From the NCBI GenBank assembly GCA_016199805.1, contig JACQGC010000005.1:6019-70018 (forward strand): a DNA stretch of 64,000 nt. Reading direction: 5' to 3'. The translations under genes were made by a program, and so were the position numbers. The notes under the pieces are model-generated. The model saw only the letters and a program-made list of their open reading frames with translations. It had not been told where the DNA came from and did no database searches. Within the stretch, counting starts at the first letter, position 1; each line of letters opens with the position of its first letter. The DNA is from Candidatus Nomurabacteria bacterium. Lineage in GTDB: Bacteria; Patescibacteriota; Minisyncoccia; Phycocordibacterales; UBA9973. Below are positions 39,045-50,003 of the stretch, one piece after another.

Positions 39045-41186
39045 TTATTTTGCAATCTGGGTAGCTTCTTCGAATTTCACAGACAGGAGTTTGGAGGCGC
39101 CGTCGCTGCCTATGGTTACGCCGTAGAGCACACCAGCTCGGGACATCGTTTCCCTGTTGTGGGTAACCACTATCAGCTGAGATTGTTTGGATAGTTTCTC
39201 CAACATGTCTCCGTATTTGCGAGAATTTGATTCATCCAGGGCCGCATCGGTTTCATCCAGCACCAAAAATGGCGGTGGGTTCACTTGAGACATTGCAAAA
39301 AGCAGGGCTATAGATGTGAGTGAACGTTCCCCTCCGGAAAATGCGTGCAGTTCTTTCACTTTTTTGTGCGGCAAAGAAACATTTATTTCTATGCCTTTTT
39401 CCAAAATAATTCCCTCATCATCATCTGACTTTGATATTTCTTTCAGCTCGTCGTCTTCATCAATTTCACTAGCCCTTTTTTTCTTGGTCTCCACCACGAT
39501 AGAAAGCGAGCCATGCCCCCCGCCAAACATCAATGAGAAAAATTCTTGAAATTCTATGTTTATTTTTCGGACGCCCTCTTTGAATTCTATGTCTATCTTT
39601 TCTTTCAGATCGGCGATAAGCTTCTGCAGAGACACAATACTCTTTTCCAAATCTTCCATCTCCCTCGCCAAAAATCCATCCCGGTCGGAGACTTCTTTAA
39701 ATTCTTTCAAGAGTTCCGCTCCGTTGCCGAGACCAATATCTTCCAATTTTATTTTTATTCGTTCAATTTTTCTCTTCAGCTCTTCTTGGGGGGTTTTATT
39801 GTCATTTTCTACGAGCGTATAATTTTTGTAAGAAAGTATTTCCTGCCCAATCAGCACCGCGCCCTCTTTGAGCTCGTTTTCAAAAGATTCCGTCCTGCCC
39901 CTTAGATTCCCCTCTTTTATAGACACCATTCCAAGCTCGGAAGAAAGTTCTTGGTGTTTTACTTTCCAAGTAAATTTCTCACGCTCTAGGTCTCGCATAT
40001 CTTCCATCTCTTTATTGATTGATTGTTTCAGGACTTCCGACAGTTCCGCTTTTTCCTTTTCTTCTTTTTCGAGTTTTTCTATTTCAGAAACTGTCACCGT
40101 TTGAGAATTTTTCAATTCAATCAGCTCGGCTTCTTCGTTGTGCCTTTTTTCTATCTGATCCGCTTCGGCTTCTTTTATTTCGCTGCCACACAAAGGGCAC
40201 TTGCCGGAAATTTTTACCCGGTTGGCTTTGGCTTCAATCATACCTTCAATGCGCCCCAATTTACGCTCGAGTTCGTTTTTGGTTGCCCTAATGGAGTTTA
40301 TCTTTTGTTCAATAATTCTCAGCTCTTCAATTTTTTTATTACTCTCGGGATTGCCACTTTCCGTTTGTGAAATTTTTTCGGAGACGACTTTCAGCTCTTC
40401 TGAAATTTTTTCTTTCTCTCTCGCTAAACTATCTTTTTCTTGGTTTATATAAACGCTTTCTTTTTTTAAATATTCCCGGTAAAGGTCCGCCAGCTCCACC
40501 TGCATTTCTTTCCCCTTTTCAAATTTTTCCACCTGCTTTTTCAAAAAATTAAGATGTGGTGCATTTTCCCTGCGCAACATCGTGACCTCTTTTATATTTT
40601 CGTTTGTCTTTTCCAGTTTCCTTTCGGATTCTTTTATTTTGTATTGATAAATTTTAAGCCCGAGCGCGTCTTCCACCATCTCGCGCCTGTCTCGCGCATT
40701 GGCATTCAAGATTCTGTCCGCCTCGCCCTGGGAGATGATATGGTGCCCGGAAGAGCCGATGTTCACAGAGGCGAGCAAGTTGTGAATATCTTTCAGTCGA
40801 ACTTCGGTGCCGTTTAAAATATACTTGTTCAAACCATCGGAAAAAACCTCGCGGGAAATAGAAACCACGTCGTAGTTTAAATTTATATCGTCACCTCCAT
40901 CACCCATAAGTTTGAAAACTTTGTCAGTATTATTGAAATAGATAGTGACCGCCGCCTTGGAGCCCTGGCTTAGATTTTTTGAACCTTTAAAAATAAGGTC
41001 TGTTCCGCCTTTGCCGCGCATGGACTTCATAGATTGCTCACCCAAGACGAAACGGATGGCCTCCACGACGTTGGATTTACCTGAACCATTCGGGCCGACG
41101 ATGGAAACAACCGGGGTCTCAAATTCCAATACCGTCTTGTGGGCAAAAGATTTGAAACCATTTATTTGAAGGGTCTTCAGGCGCAT
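39045..41186 (-). CDS. smc: Short-form SMC-family ATPase (713 aa) with a central CxxC zinc-hook-like motif.
   Basis: The N-terminus LKTLQINGFKSFAHKTVLEF...GPNGSGKSN is a Walker A. Coiled coils are extensive. The CPLCGSEIKE motif sits mid-protein. The C-terminus carries FSGGERSLTSIALLFAMSQVNPPPFLVLDETDAALD (signature motif plus Walker B) and THNRETM. Confidence 0.75.
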   Translation of the reverse strand: MRLKTLQINGFKSFAHKTVLEFETPVVSIVGPNGSGKSNVVEAIRFVLGEQSMKSMRGKGGTDLIFKGSKNLSQGSKAAVTIYFNNTDKVFKLMGDGGDDINLNYDVVSISREVFSDGLNKYILNGTEVRLKDIHNLLASVNIGSSGHHIISQGEADRILNANARDRREMVEDALGLKIYQYKIKESERKLEKTNENIKEVTMLRRENAPHLNFLKKQVEKFEKGKEMQVELADLYREYLKKESVYINQEKDSLAREKEKISEELKVVSEKISQTESGNPESNKKIEELRIIEQKINSIRATKNELERKLGRIEGMIEAKANRVKISGKCPLCGSEIKEAEADQIEKRHNEEAELIELKNSQTVTVSEIEKLEKEEKEKAELSEVLKQSINKEMEDMRDLEREKFTWKVKHQELSSELGMVSIKEGNLRGRTESFENELKEGAVLIGQEILSYKNYTLVENDNKTPQEELKRKIERIKIKLEDIGLGNGAELLKEFKEVSDRDGFLAREMEDLEKSIVSLQKLIADLKEKIDIEFKEGVRKINIEFQEFFSLMFGGGHGSLSIVVETKKKRASEIDEDDELKEISKSDDDEGIILEKGIEINVSLPHKKVKELHAFSGGERSLTSIALLFAMSQVNPPPFLVLDETDAALDESNSRKYGDMLEKLSKQSQLIVVTHNRETMSRAGVLYGVTIGSDGASKLLSVKFEEATQIAK

Positions 41187-41202
41187 GTCTCTCTAGTATA
41201 CC

Positions 41203-41898
41203 TTAGTCTAGCCAATTTTTCATTTTTAAAGCGGCGAGGGCTGCCGACTGTTCGGCTTCTTGTTTTGATTTTCCTTTGCCTTCAGCCATCAGCTCGGGTC
41301 CGAAATAAATACCGACGGTGAAATGTTTATCATGATCAGGGCCCGTTTGGTTTAAAACCTTATAGGCCGGAGTCACCGAGACAAATTCCTGCGCTTTTTC
41401 CTGCACCAGGGACTTGGCGTCGCGCCAGAGTTTTTTATTCACGATTTCTTCCGTCTGAGGCAAGAGAGTTTTGGTGATAAATTTATTGGTCACTTCATAG
41501 CCGGCATCCAGATACATCGCGCCGACCAATGCCTCATAGGTATTGGCTAAAATATACTGCCGGGCCTTACCATTGTCTTTGGCTTCACCTTTGGATAAAA
41601 GCAAATAGTCATTCATACCGATATCGCTTGCGATTTCGGAAATAATAATCGCGTTCACCAAGGCCGAACGGAGCGCGGTCAATTCCCCTTCCGCATAGTG
41701 CGGATACTTGCGGTATAGAAAGTCGGTCACGATAAGCTCCAGCACGGCATCGCCCAAAAACTCCAAGCGTTCGTTGTGCGATAAAGTTGCCCCCCCATTC
41801 TCATTGATATAGGAACGGTGCGTGAAAGCCTGCTTCAGTAAATTTTTGTCTTCAAAGACCACTTTTATTTTTTTCTCAAAATCTGAAAATTTTACCAT
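41203..41898 (-). CDS. rnc: Ribonuclease III.
   Basis: The NERLEFLGDAVLELIV signature box is present. A dsRBD follows at the C-terminus. Confidence 0.9.
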   Translation of the reverse strand: MVKFSDFEKKIKVVFEDKNLLKQAFTHRSYINENGGATLSHNERLEFLGDAVLELIVTDFLYRKYPHYAEGELTALRSALVNAIIISEIASDIGMNDYLLLSKGEAKDNGKARQYILANTYEALVGAMYLDAGYEVTNKFITKTLLPQTEEIVNKKLWRDAKSLVQEKAQEFVSVTPAYKVLNQTGPDHDKHFTVGIYFGPELMAEGKGKSKQEAEQSAALAALKMKNWLD

Positions 41899-41923
41899 AT
41901 ATTACTTTACAACTTTATGAACT
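41899..41923 (-). promoter_or_regulatory. Intergenic copy of the AAAGTTATAAAGT motif, immediately upstream of rnc.
   Basis: On the minus strand it reads AAAGTTATAAAGTTCATAAAGTTGTAAAGTAATAT-ATG. Confidence 0.35.
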
Positions 41924-42844
41924 TTATAACTTTTTACTACTCAATATCTCAATTGCCTTACTGATTAATGGAATAATATCATTATAAATACGAAGTCCGG
42001 GGATAGCGGAAATTTCAAACCAGCGGGCATTGTCCAGGCCAGTGGATTTTTCCAGGACTAGCTCTTTATATTCGCTTTTCGCTAAAAAGTAAACAACTTT
42101 TTTCAAAATCTTCCCTTTTACCGGGTGAGAAGCCACATACTCGTTCTCGCCCAGTTTTTCTTCAATGAAAATATCCAGCCCGATTTCCTGCTTAATTTCT
42201 CTTTTTGTCGCTTCTTCTTCACTATCCTCCCCGTCAATTCCGCCTTTGGAAATAGTCCAATATCCAAAAACATCGTGCACTAGGGCAAATACTATTTTAT
42301 CTTCGTTCCTGGCATAGACCAATGCCCCGCCCTTTTTTTCCACCGGCAGTTTGGTGATATCCAGAGCCTCTTCGGGTTTTTTCTTCTTACTGATTTGTTC
42401 TTTGCCCGGCTCGCCTATCTCTTTATAGACCGCGCCCAAGACACCGTTTACGAATTTGCCGGAATTTTCCCCACCAAAAGTTTTCGCCAATTCTATGGCT
42501 TCATTGATGGCTACCTTTGGAGGCACTTCCTTGCGGTCGCCAAAGAGAAGTTCGGTCAAGCCGATTCTTAGAATATTTCTGTCTATGATGGAGATTTTGT
42601 CTAGCGGCCAGTCCGGAGCGGCTTTTTCAATAATCTCGTCAATTACTTTATGTTTCTTCAGAACCTGTTCGATGAGAGAAAATACGAAAGCATCGTCCTC
42701 AAAACCGGGAGCAAATTCTTTTAGGTTTCTTTTCAGACTTTCTTTGATATTAGATTCGCTGTTTTCTTTATTATTAGGCAAGGTGAAATCCCACTCAAAA
42801 AGCGTCTGCAGCACTATTGATCTGGAAAGGTGCCTGTTTGCCAT
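41924..42844 (-). CDS. nusB: Fusion of an N-terminal NusB-like antitermination domain with a C-terminal NUDIX hydrolase domain.
   Basis: The N-terminal 150 aa are NusB-like (SRSIVLQTLFEWDF...AINEAIELAKTFGGENSGKFVNGVLG). The C-terminus carries a Nudix box, GGIDGEDSEEEATKREIKQEIG. Confidence 0.65.
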   Translation of the reverse strand: MANRHLSRSIVLQTLFEWDFTLPNNKENSESNIKESLKRNLKEFAPGFEDDAFVFSLIEQVLKKHKVIDEIIEKAAPDWPLDKISIIDRNILRIGLTELLFGDRKEVPPKVAINEAIELAKTFGGENSGKFVNGVLGAVYKEIGEPGKEQISKKKKPEEALDITKLPVEKKGGALVYARNEDKIVFALVHDVFGYWTISKGGIDGEDSEEEATKREIKQEIGLDIFIEEKLGENEYVASHPVKGKILKKVVYFLAKSEYKELVLEKSTGLDNARWFEISAIPGLRIYNDIIPLISKAIEILSSKKL

Positions 42845-42935
42845 GATTAGTTATAAAGTTATCAAGTTCATAAAGTTAAAAGAAAATTCAAAACCTTCCT
42901 AACTTTACAAACTTTATAACTTTCTACTTTATAAA
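42845..42935 (-). promoter_or_regulatory. Intergenic region carrying about three copies of the AAAGTTATAAAGT-like motif, upstream of the nusB-nudix gene.
   Basis: On the minus strand it reads TTTATAAAGTAGAAAGTTATAAAGTTTGTAAAGTTAGGAAGG...AACTTTATGAACTTGATAACTTTATAAC. Confidence 0.35.
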
Positions 42936-43160
42936 CTAGCTCTTCGCAAGAGCTGCTTTCGCTTTCTTTTGTTTCTTTTCGGCTTTCTTTATCAAGTCCA
43001 GAACCTTTTTTCCGCGGTAGAAACCGCAAGAAGAGCAGACGGTGTGACGTCTCTTCAGGGCCTGGCAATTTTCGCACTTGGAAAAACTCGTGCTCTCCAA
43101 AGCATGGTGAGAACGTCGGTTGGCCGTATGCGATTTTGTGTGTCTCATTCGTACTACCAT
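42936..43160 (-). CDS. rpmF: 50S ribosomal protein L32.
   Basis: MVVRMRHTKSHTANRRSHHAL followed by C..C...C..C is the L32 zinc-ribbon pattern. Confidence 0.8.
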   Translation of the reverse strand: MVVRMRHTKSHTANRRSHHALESTSFSKCENCQALKRRHTVCSSCGFYRGKKVLDLIKKAEKKQKKAKAALAKS

Positions 43161-43221
43161 AGTGTACCCATCTTAGCATATTAAAGTTGAAATGCAAAAT
43201 AAAATGTGATATTATAAAAAT

Positions 43222-44979
43222 ATGGAAAAGAAAGAGGAAAAACTGAACAATTTGAGGCACACCCTGGCGCACCTTCTGGCCTCCGCCGTCGGAGAAATAT
43301 ACAAGTTTGATAAAATCAAGCTGACCCTCGGTCCGGCTATAGAAAATGGCTTTTATTACGATATTGATTTCGGCGAAGAGAAAATCAGCGACTCCGCCCT
43401 GCAAAAGATTGAAGACAGAATGCGCAAAATTTTGCCAAAATGGACGGACTGGCAGCATAAAGAAATATCCAAAGAAGAAGCCTTGGCCTTTTTTAAAAAC
43501 GAATACAAGGCGGAATTGATAAATGAAATATCCGACCGTGGAGAAAAGATAACTACTTACACCTGTGGCGGCTTTACCGACCTGTGTCGGGGCGGACACT
43601 TGGAACACCCGGCACAAGAGATAGATCCCCTGTCCTTCAAACTGGACCGTGTGGCCGGAGCCTACTGGCGCGGAGATGAGAAAAATAAAATGCTTACCCG
43701 TATTTACGGTTTGGCTTTTGAGACCAAAAAGGAATTGGAGGCATATCTCACGCAACGCGAAGAGGCGGAGAAAAGAGACCACAAAAAATTAGGAAAAGAA
43801 TTAGATCTCTTTGTTTTTTCTGAACTTGTGGGAAGTGGACTTCCCCTCTGGACACCCAAAGGAACAATTTTAAGAAACCTTTTGGATGATTATATTTGGG
43901 AACTTCGCAAGAAACTTGATTATATGAAAGTTGAAATTCCACATATAACCAAAAAGGAATTATATGAAAAAAGCGGACATTGGGATAAATTTAAGAATGA
44001 ACTGTTTAGAATAACTACCCGAGAAGGACACGAGTTTGCTATGAAGCCAATGAACTGCCCGCACCATATTCAAATTTTTGACCGCAAACAATGGAGCTAC
44101 AAAGAATTACCTCAAAGATACGCTAATTCAACTACTTGCTACCGAGATGAACAGACAGGAGAACTTTCTGGTCTCTCTCGGGTTCGTGCTTTCACACAAG
44201 ACGATGCCCATGTATTTTGCCGAATGATCCAAGTAAAAAAGGAACTGGGGGAAATTTGGGATAAGGTGGTAGAACCATTTTATAAATCTTTTGGATTTAA
44301 TTTAAAGCTTCGTTTGTCTCTGCATGACCCTGCTCACCCTGAAAAATATCTGGGCGACGCAAAAAGCTGGGAACACGCCGAGTCTGTATTGAGAGAGCTT
44401 GCCCAAGAACGTAAAACGGAATTTTTTGAGGGTGTAGGTGAAGCAGCATTTTATGGACCAAAATTGGATTTTATGGCTACAGACTCATTGGGTAGACAAT
44501 GGCAAGTTGCTACAATTCAGTTAGATATGAACCAGCCGGAAAGATTTGATTTAACATGTGTAAATGAAAAAGGAGAAAAGGAAAGAATTGTGATGATTCA
44601 TGCAGCAATTATGGGTTCTATTGATAGATTTTTGTCTATACTCATAGAACATGTCGCCGGCAACTTTCCTCTCTGGCTCGCGCCTGTGCAAGTGAAAGTC
44701 ATCCCCGTGCGCACCAGCCACAACGAATACGCCAAAAAAGTTTTTGAAATGCTCAAGGAAAACAATGTTAGAGCGGAGTTTGACGATGCCGAAGAAAACC
44801 TTGGTACAAAAGTCAGAGACGCGAAAAACAACAAAATCCCTTACTGGATAGTAGTAGGTGATAAAGAAATTGAAGCCGACAAAGTCACCTTGGAATCCCG
44901 TGACAAAGGCCAACTAGGCCAAATCTCCAAAGAAGAAATCTTGTCTAAACTTTTGGAAGAAATTAAAAATAAGAAATAA
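43222..44979 (+). CDS. thrS: Threonine--tRNA ligase (class II). It lacks the N-terminal TGS domain.
   Basis: HTLAHLLA is the second-additional-domain HxxxH motif. MNCPHHIQIF marks the catalytic core. The anticodon-binding C-terminal domain is present. Confidence 0.9.
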   Translation: MEKKEEKLNNLRHTLAHLLASAVGEIYKFDKIKLTLGPAIENGFYYDIDFGEEKISDSALQKIEDRMRKILPKWTDWQHKEISKEEALAFFKNEYKAELINEISDRGEKITTYTCGGFTDLCRGGHLEHPAQEIDPLSFKLDRVAGAYWRGDEKNKMLTRIYGLAFETKKELEAYLTQREEAEKRDHKKLGKELDLFVFSELVGSGLPLWTPKGTILRNLLDDYIWELRKKLDYMKVEIPHITKKELYEKSGHWDKFKNELFRITTREGHEFAMKPMNCPHHIQIFDRKQWSYKELPQRYANSTTCYRDEQTGELSGLSRVRAFTQDDAHVFCRMIQVKKELGEIWDKVVEPFYKSFGFNLKLRLSLHDPAHPEKYLGDAKSWEHAESVLRELAQERKTEFFEGVGEAAFYGPKLDFMATDSLGRQWQVATIQLDMNQPERFDLTCVNEKGEKERIVMIHAAIMGSIDRFLSILIEHVAGNFPLWLAPVQVKVIPVRTSHNEYAKKVFEMLKENNVRAEFDDAEENLGTKVRDAKNNKIPYWIVVGDKEIEADKVTLESRDKGQLGQISKEEILSKLLEEIKNKK

Positions 44980-47153
<2,174 letters not shown>

Positions 47154-47162
47154 TATACCTAT

Positions 47163-47191
47163 ATTATAGCAAAATTTACCTGACTTGCCAA
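47163..47191 (-). promoter_or_regulatory. Candidate gyrB promoter (TTGGCA-N17-TATAAT). It would start transcription at the upstream edge of the leader element.
   Basis: On the minus strand, TATAAT sits at 47163-47168 and TTGGCA at 47186-47191. It lies inside the 3' end of pheT. Confidence 0.4.
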
Positions 47192-49023
47192 TCAGCGTTC
47201 TCCTTGATTTTATTGGTTATTTTAGTCATAATATCGTTCACTTCTGTGTCAGTCAAAGTGCGGTCAAAAGACTGAAAAACCAATCTGAAAGCGTAAGAAA
47301 TTTTTCCATCTTTTTTGAATTCATCAAATAATTCCGGACCGCGGATTACCATATCCCCTGCGTTTTCCTTTATAACTTTATAAACTTTTTCACTTTCAAC
47401 TGTATCTGGCACCCACACGGCAATATCTCGGGCGATGAATGGGAAGAGGGACCAGGGCTTGAATTTATTATTCCCCTCTTGAGGGGTGGCGCTTGTGCCG
47501 GGGTGGATAATTTTTCCACCTCCCCCTAAAGGGTACTCCTCAAGAGGAGAATCAATGCAAAATTCATCCAGTTTCATCTCTTTTATTTCTTTCTTGTTTG
47601 CATAAGCCACATGCATCTCTTCTTTGTCTTTTTTGAAGATTGTTCCAATTTCAAAAATTTTTATCTCGTTCATTCCCAAAAGTGGAGCATTGGCTTGGTT
47701 GAGTTTTAGACTTTCTTTTAATCCATCAGTTAAATTTGTGCGCAGAAACTTTTTGTCCGACGCAGAAGCCAGGACAGACACCTCCCCCATACTCCTAAAG
47801 CTACTATTCATGACTTCAGAATACCCGTCATTCAGTAATTTATTTCTAGTCCAGAGTATTTTAGTATATGTTTGGTTTTGTTTCGGCTGGAAATTTATTT
47901 TGGAAATTTTAACTTTCACCTTATCATAACCGAGAATCCTGCCGATTTCTTCCGCCATATCTTCCTCAATTACCAAGTCTAGGCGCATCGTCGGTACGGT
48001 AATTTCAAATTTTCCGGCATTTTCTGTATATTCAAAATTATACCTCTTTAAGATATCTTTTATTTCTTCCACAGAAACTTCTAAACCCAAAATCTTTGAA
48101 ATTTTATCGGTTGAAAAAGATAATTTTCTTTCTTCTTGTTTTTGAGGGTAAACATCTACCACCTCTTCAAAAATTGCTTCCGGGCACATCTCGGCGATAA
48201 GTGCGGAAAACTCAACCATTGCCTCCCCGCAAAGCTCGGGCGATAAATCGTTCTCGAAACGCTTTTTGGCATCCGTAATTATATTCACGGCTTGAGCTGT
48301 CTTTCGCACAGAAGTCGGGTCAAAATTGGCAACTTCTAAAATTATGTCTTTAGTATTATTATCTACTTCCGCAATTTTCCCTCCCTTCACTCCGGCGATG
48401 GCCAAGGCGTTTTTCGTATCAGCTATTACCATATTTGAATTTTTAAGCTTTATTTCTTTGTTGTCCAAAGTGGTTAAACTTTCGCCTCCTGTGGCCTCAC
48501 GCACGAAAATTACATTTTCCATTTTATCCAAATCAAAACAATGCGTGGGCTGGCCATCGTCAAACATCACGATGTTGGCGGCGTCCACGATATTGTTGAT
48601 ACTTCTCTGCCCCATGGATTCAAGGTGTTTTACCATCCATTCTGGGCTTGGGCCAACTTTTACGCCCCGAATTATCCTGCCCATATACCTGCGGCATTTT
48701 TCTGTTTCAATTTTTATTTGAAGTTTTGTTGGTTTTACTTCGGGAATTTTATATTTCGGCGCCGGGTCAACAAATTTAATATTTAGAAGTGAAGCGAGTT
48801 CGCGAGCCACACCCAGGTGGGACAACAAATCATGCGCGCGGTTTGGTAAAACTTTTATATCAAAAACATAATCACCACCCCCTGCCCCCTCGGGTGAAAG
48901 GAGGGGAGGAAGTCTCTCCATTGATTCCATTTCACAAAGGTGATAGTTGAAAATATCCGTGAGTTTGTCTGCGTAGGGAACTTCCGGTATATACCGTTTG
49001 AGCCAGTTGTAAGAAATTTTCAT
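47176..49023 (-). CDS. pheT: Phenylalanine--tRNA ligase beta subunit (short form).
   Basis: The MKISYNWLKRYIP N-terminus is canonical. B3/4 and B5 regions are present. It is followed by pheS. Confidence 0.85.
   Translation of the reverse strand: MKISYNWLKRYIPEVPYADKLTDIFNYHLCEMESMERLPPLLSPEGAGGGDYVFDIKVLPNRAHDLLSHLGVARELASLLNIKFVDPAPKYKIPEVKPTKLQIKIETEKCRRYMGRIIRGVKVGPSPEWMVKHLESMGQRSINNIVDAANIVMFDDGQPTHCFDLDKMENVIFVREATGGESLTTLDNKEIKLKNSNMVIADTKNALAIAGVKGGKIAEVDNNTKDIILEVANFDPTSVRKTAQAVNIITDAKKRFENDLSPELCGEAMVEFSALIAEMCPEAIFEEVVDVYPQKQEERKLSFSTDKISKILGLEVSVEEIKDILKRYNFEYTENAGKFEITVPTMRLDLVIEEDMAEEIGRILGYDKVKVKISKINFQPKQNQTYTKILWTRNKLLNDGYSEVMNSSFRSMGEVSVLASASDKKFLRTNLTDGLKESLKLNQANAPLLGMNEIKIFEIGTIFKKDKEEMHVAYANKKEIKEMKLDEFCIDSPLEEYPLGGGGKIIHPGTSATPQEGNNKFKPWSLFPFIARDIAVWVPDTVESEKVYKVIKENAGDMVIRGPELFDEFKKDGKISYAFRLVFQSFDRTLTDTEVNDIMTKITNKIKENADWQVR
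48871..48915 (-). repeat. GC-rich palindromic element inserted in-frame in pheT. It encodes PPLLSPEGAGGGD.
   Basis: AATCACCACCCCCTGCCCCCTC...GAAAGGAGGGG shares 22 identical nt plus the GAAAGGAGGGG arm with the ligA copy at 56048. Confidence 0.6.
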
Positions 49024-49035
49024 ATTAAAATTGAT

Positions 49036-49743
49036 TTAAAGTTGATTTAAGCGTAAATCTCCCTGATAAAGAAAACGCACATCGGATATCCCCCACCTGA
49101 CCATGGCTATACGGTCAAAACCGTGCCCGAAGGCAAAACCTTGCACCTTGACTGGATCGAGCCCCAGATTGCGCAACACATTTGGGTGCAACATACCTGA
49201 ACCGCCAAGCTCTAGCCACTTGCCTCTAAACTTTGCGAAAACTTCTATGGATGGCTCGGTAAAAGGAAAAAAGCTCGGCCTGAATTCTATTACTGTATCC
49301 TCACCCAACATTTTTTTATAAAAATGAGTCAGCACCCCTTTCATGTCGGCAATGGAAATATCTTCCCCAACCATCGCGCCATCTATCTGATAAAATTGCA
49401 TTTCGTGCGTAGCATCCGTCGCTTCATTTCTGAAAACCTTGCCAATAGAAACAAAAGCGCAAGGAACTCTGCCTTCCTTACCCGCCTGCTCTATGGCCCG
49501 CCCAGTGACACTAGTGGTATGAGTCCGAAGCACATGGTCTTTTCTGTCTTTAATCCAAAAAGTGTCCTGCATGTCGCGCGCGGGGTGGTCTTTCGGAACA
49601 TTCAATACATCAAAATTGTACCACTCACTTTCCAACTCCGGTCCGGTGGCAATTTCAAAACCCATCTCCGAAAAAACTTGATAAGCCTCTTCGGCTAAAA
49701 GCGAAAGTGGATGCAATGTTCCCTTTTTAGTTTCTTTGTCCAT
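49036..49743 (-). CDS. pheS: Phenylalanine--tRNA ligase alpha subunit. It is a truncated form lacking the N-terminal coiled-coil.
   Basis: It has HPARDMQDTFW (motif 1 region), FRPSFFPFTEPS (motif 2) and LGGSGMLHPNVL (motif 3). Confidence 0.85.
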   Translation of the reverse strand: MDKETKKGTLHPLSLLAEEAYQVFSEMGFEIATGPELESEWYNFDVLNVPKDHPARDMQDTFWIKDRKDHVLRTHTTSVTGRAIEQAGKEGRVPCAFVSIGKVFRNEATDATHEMQFYQIDGAMVGEDISIADMKGVLTHFYKKMLGEDTVIEFRPSFFPFTEPSIEVFAKFRGKWLELGGSGMLHPNVLRNLGLDPVKVQGFAFGHGFDRIAMVRWGISDVRFLYQGDLRLNQL

Positions 49744-49964
49744 TAATGAATTGAATTACTTTTTCTTAAATTATATTTACCGTCTTTTTTTTCAAAAACT
49801 ACATTTCCAATATAAATCTTTTTATTCGGGTCGTGGTCTACGGCGTGACGCATTTCGTCAAAATCAGTTTTGTGGTCCTTCCAACCCTCAACCACCTTTT
49901 TGACGCTTTCGTGCTCGTGATTGTGAATGTTTAAATCAGTGTCATGAATTTTGACTTCTATCAT
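49743..49964 (-). CDS. Small His/Asp-rich hypothetical protein.
   Basis: It is 73 aa. The 3' overlap with the pheS start suggests translational coupling. Confidence 0.35.
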   Translation of the reverse strand: MIEVKIHDTDLNIHNHEHESVKKVVEGWKDHKTDFDEMRHAVDHDPNKKIYIGNVVFEKKDGKYNLRKSNSIH

Positions 49965-50003
49965 ATGGTTAAATTAAGTTAAGTTGCTAATAATGTGATT
50001 ATA

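Noticed and set aside
42868-43782. 304-aa minus-strand ORF spanning the rpmF/thrS junction.
   Set aside because: It is antisense to thrS and overlaps rpmF in another frame. It has a low-complexity, Phe/Leu-rich composition and no motifs. It is a shadow ORF of the thrS gene.
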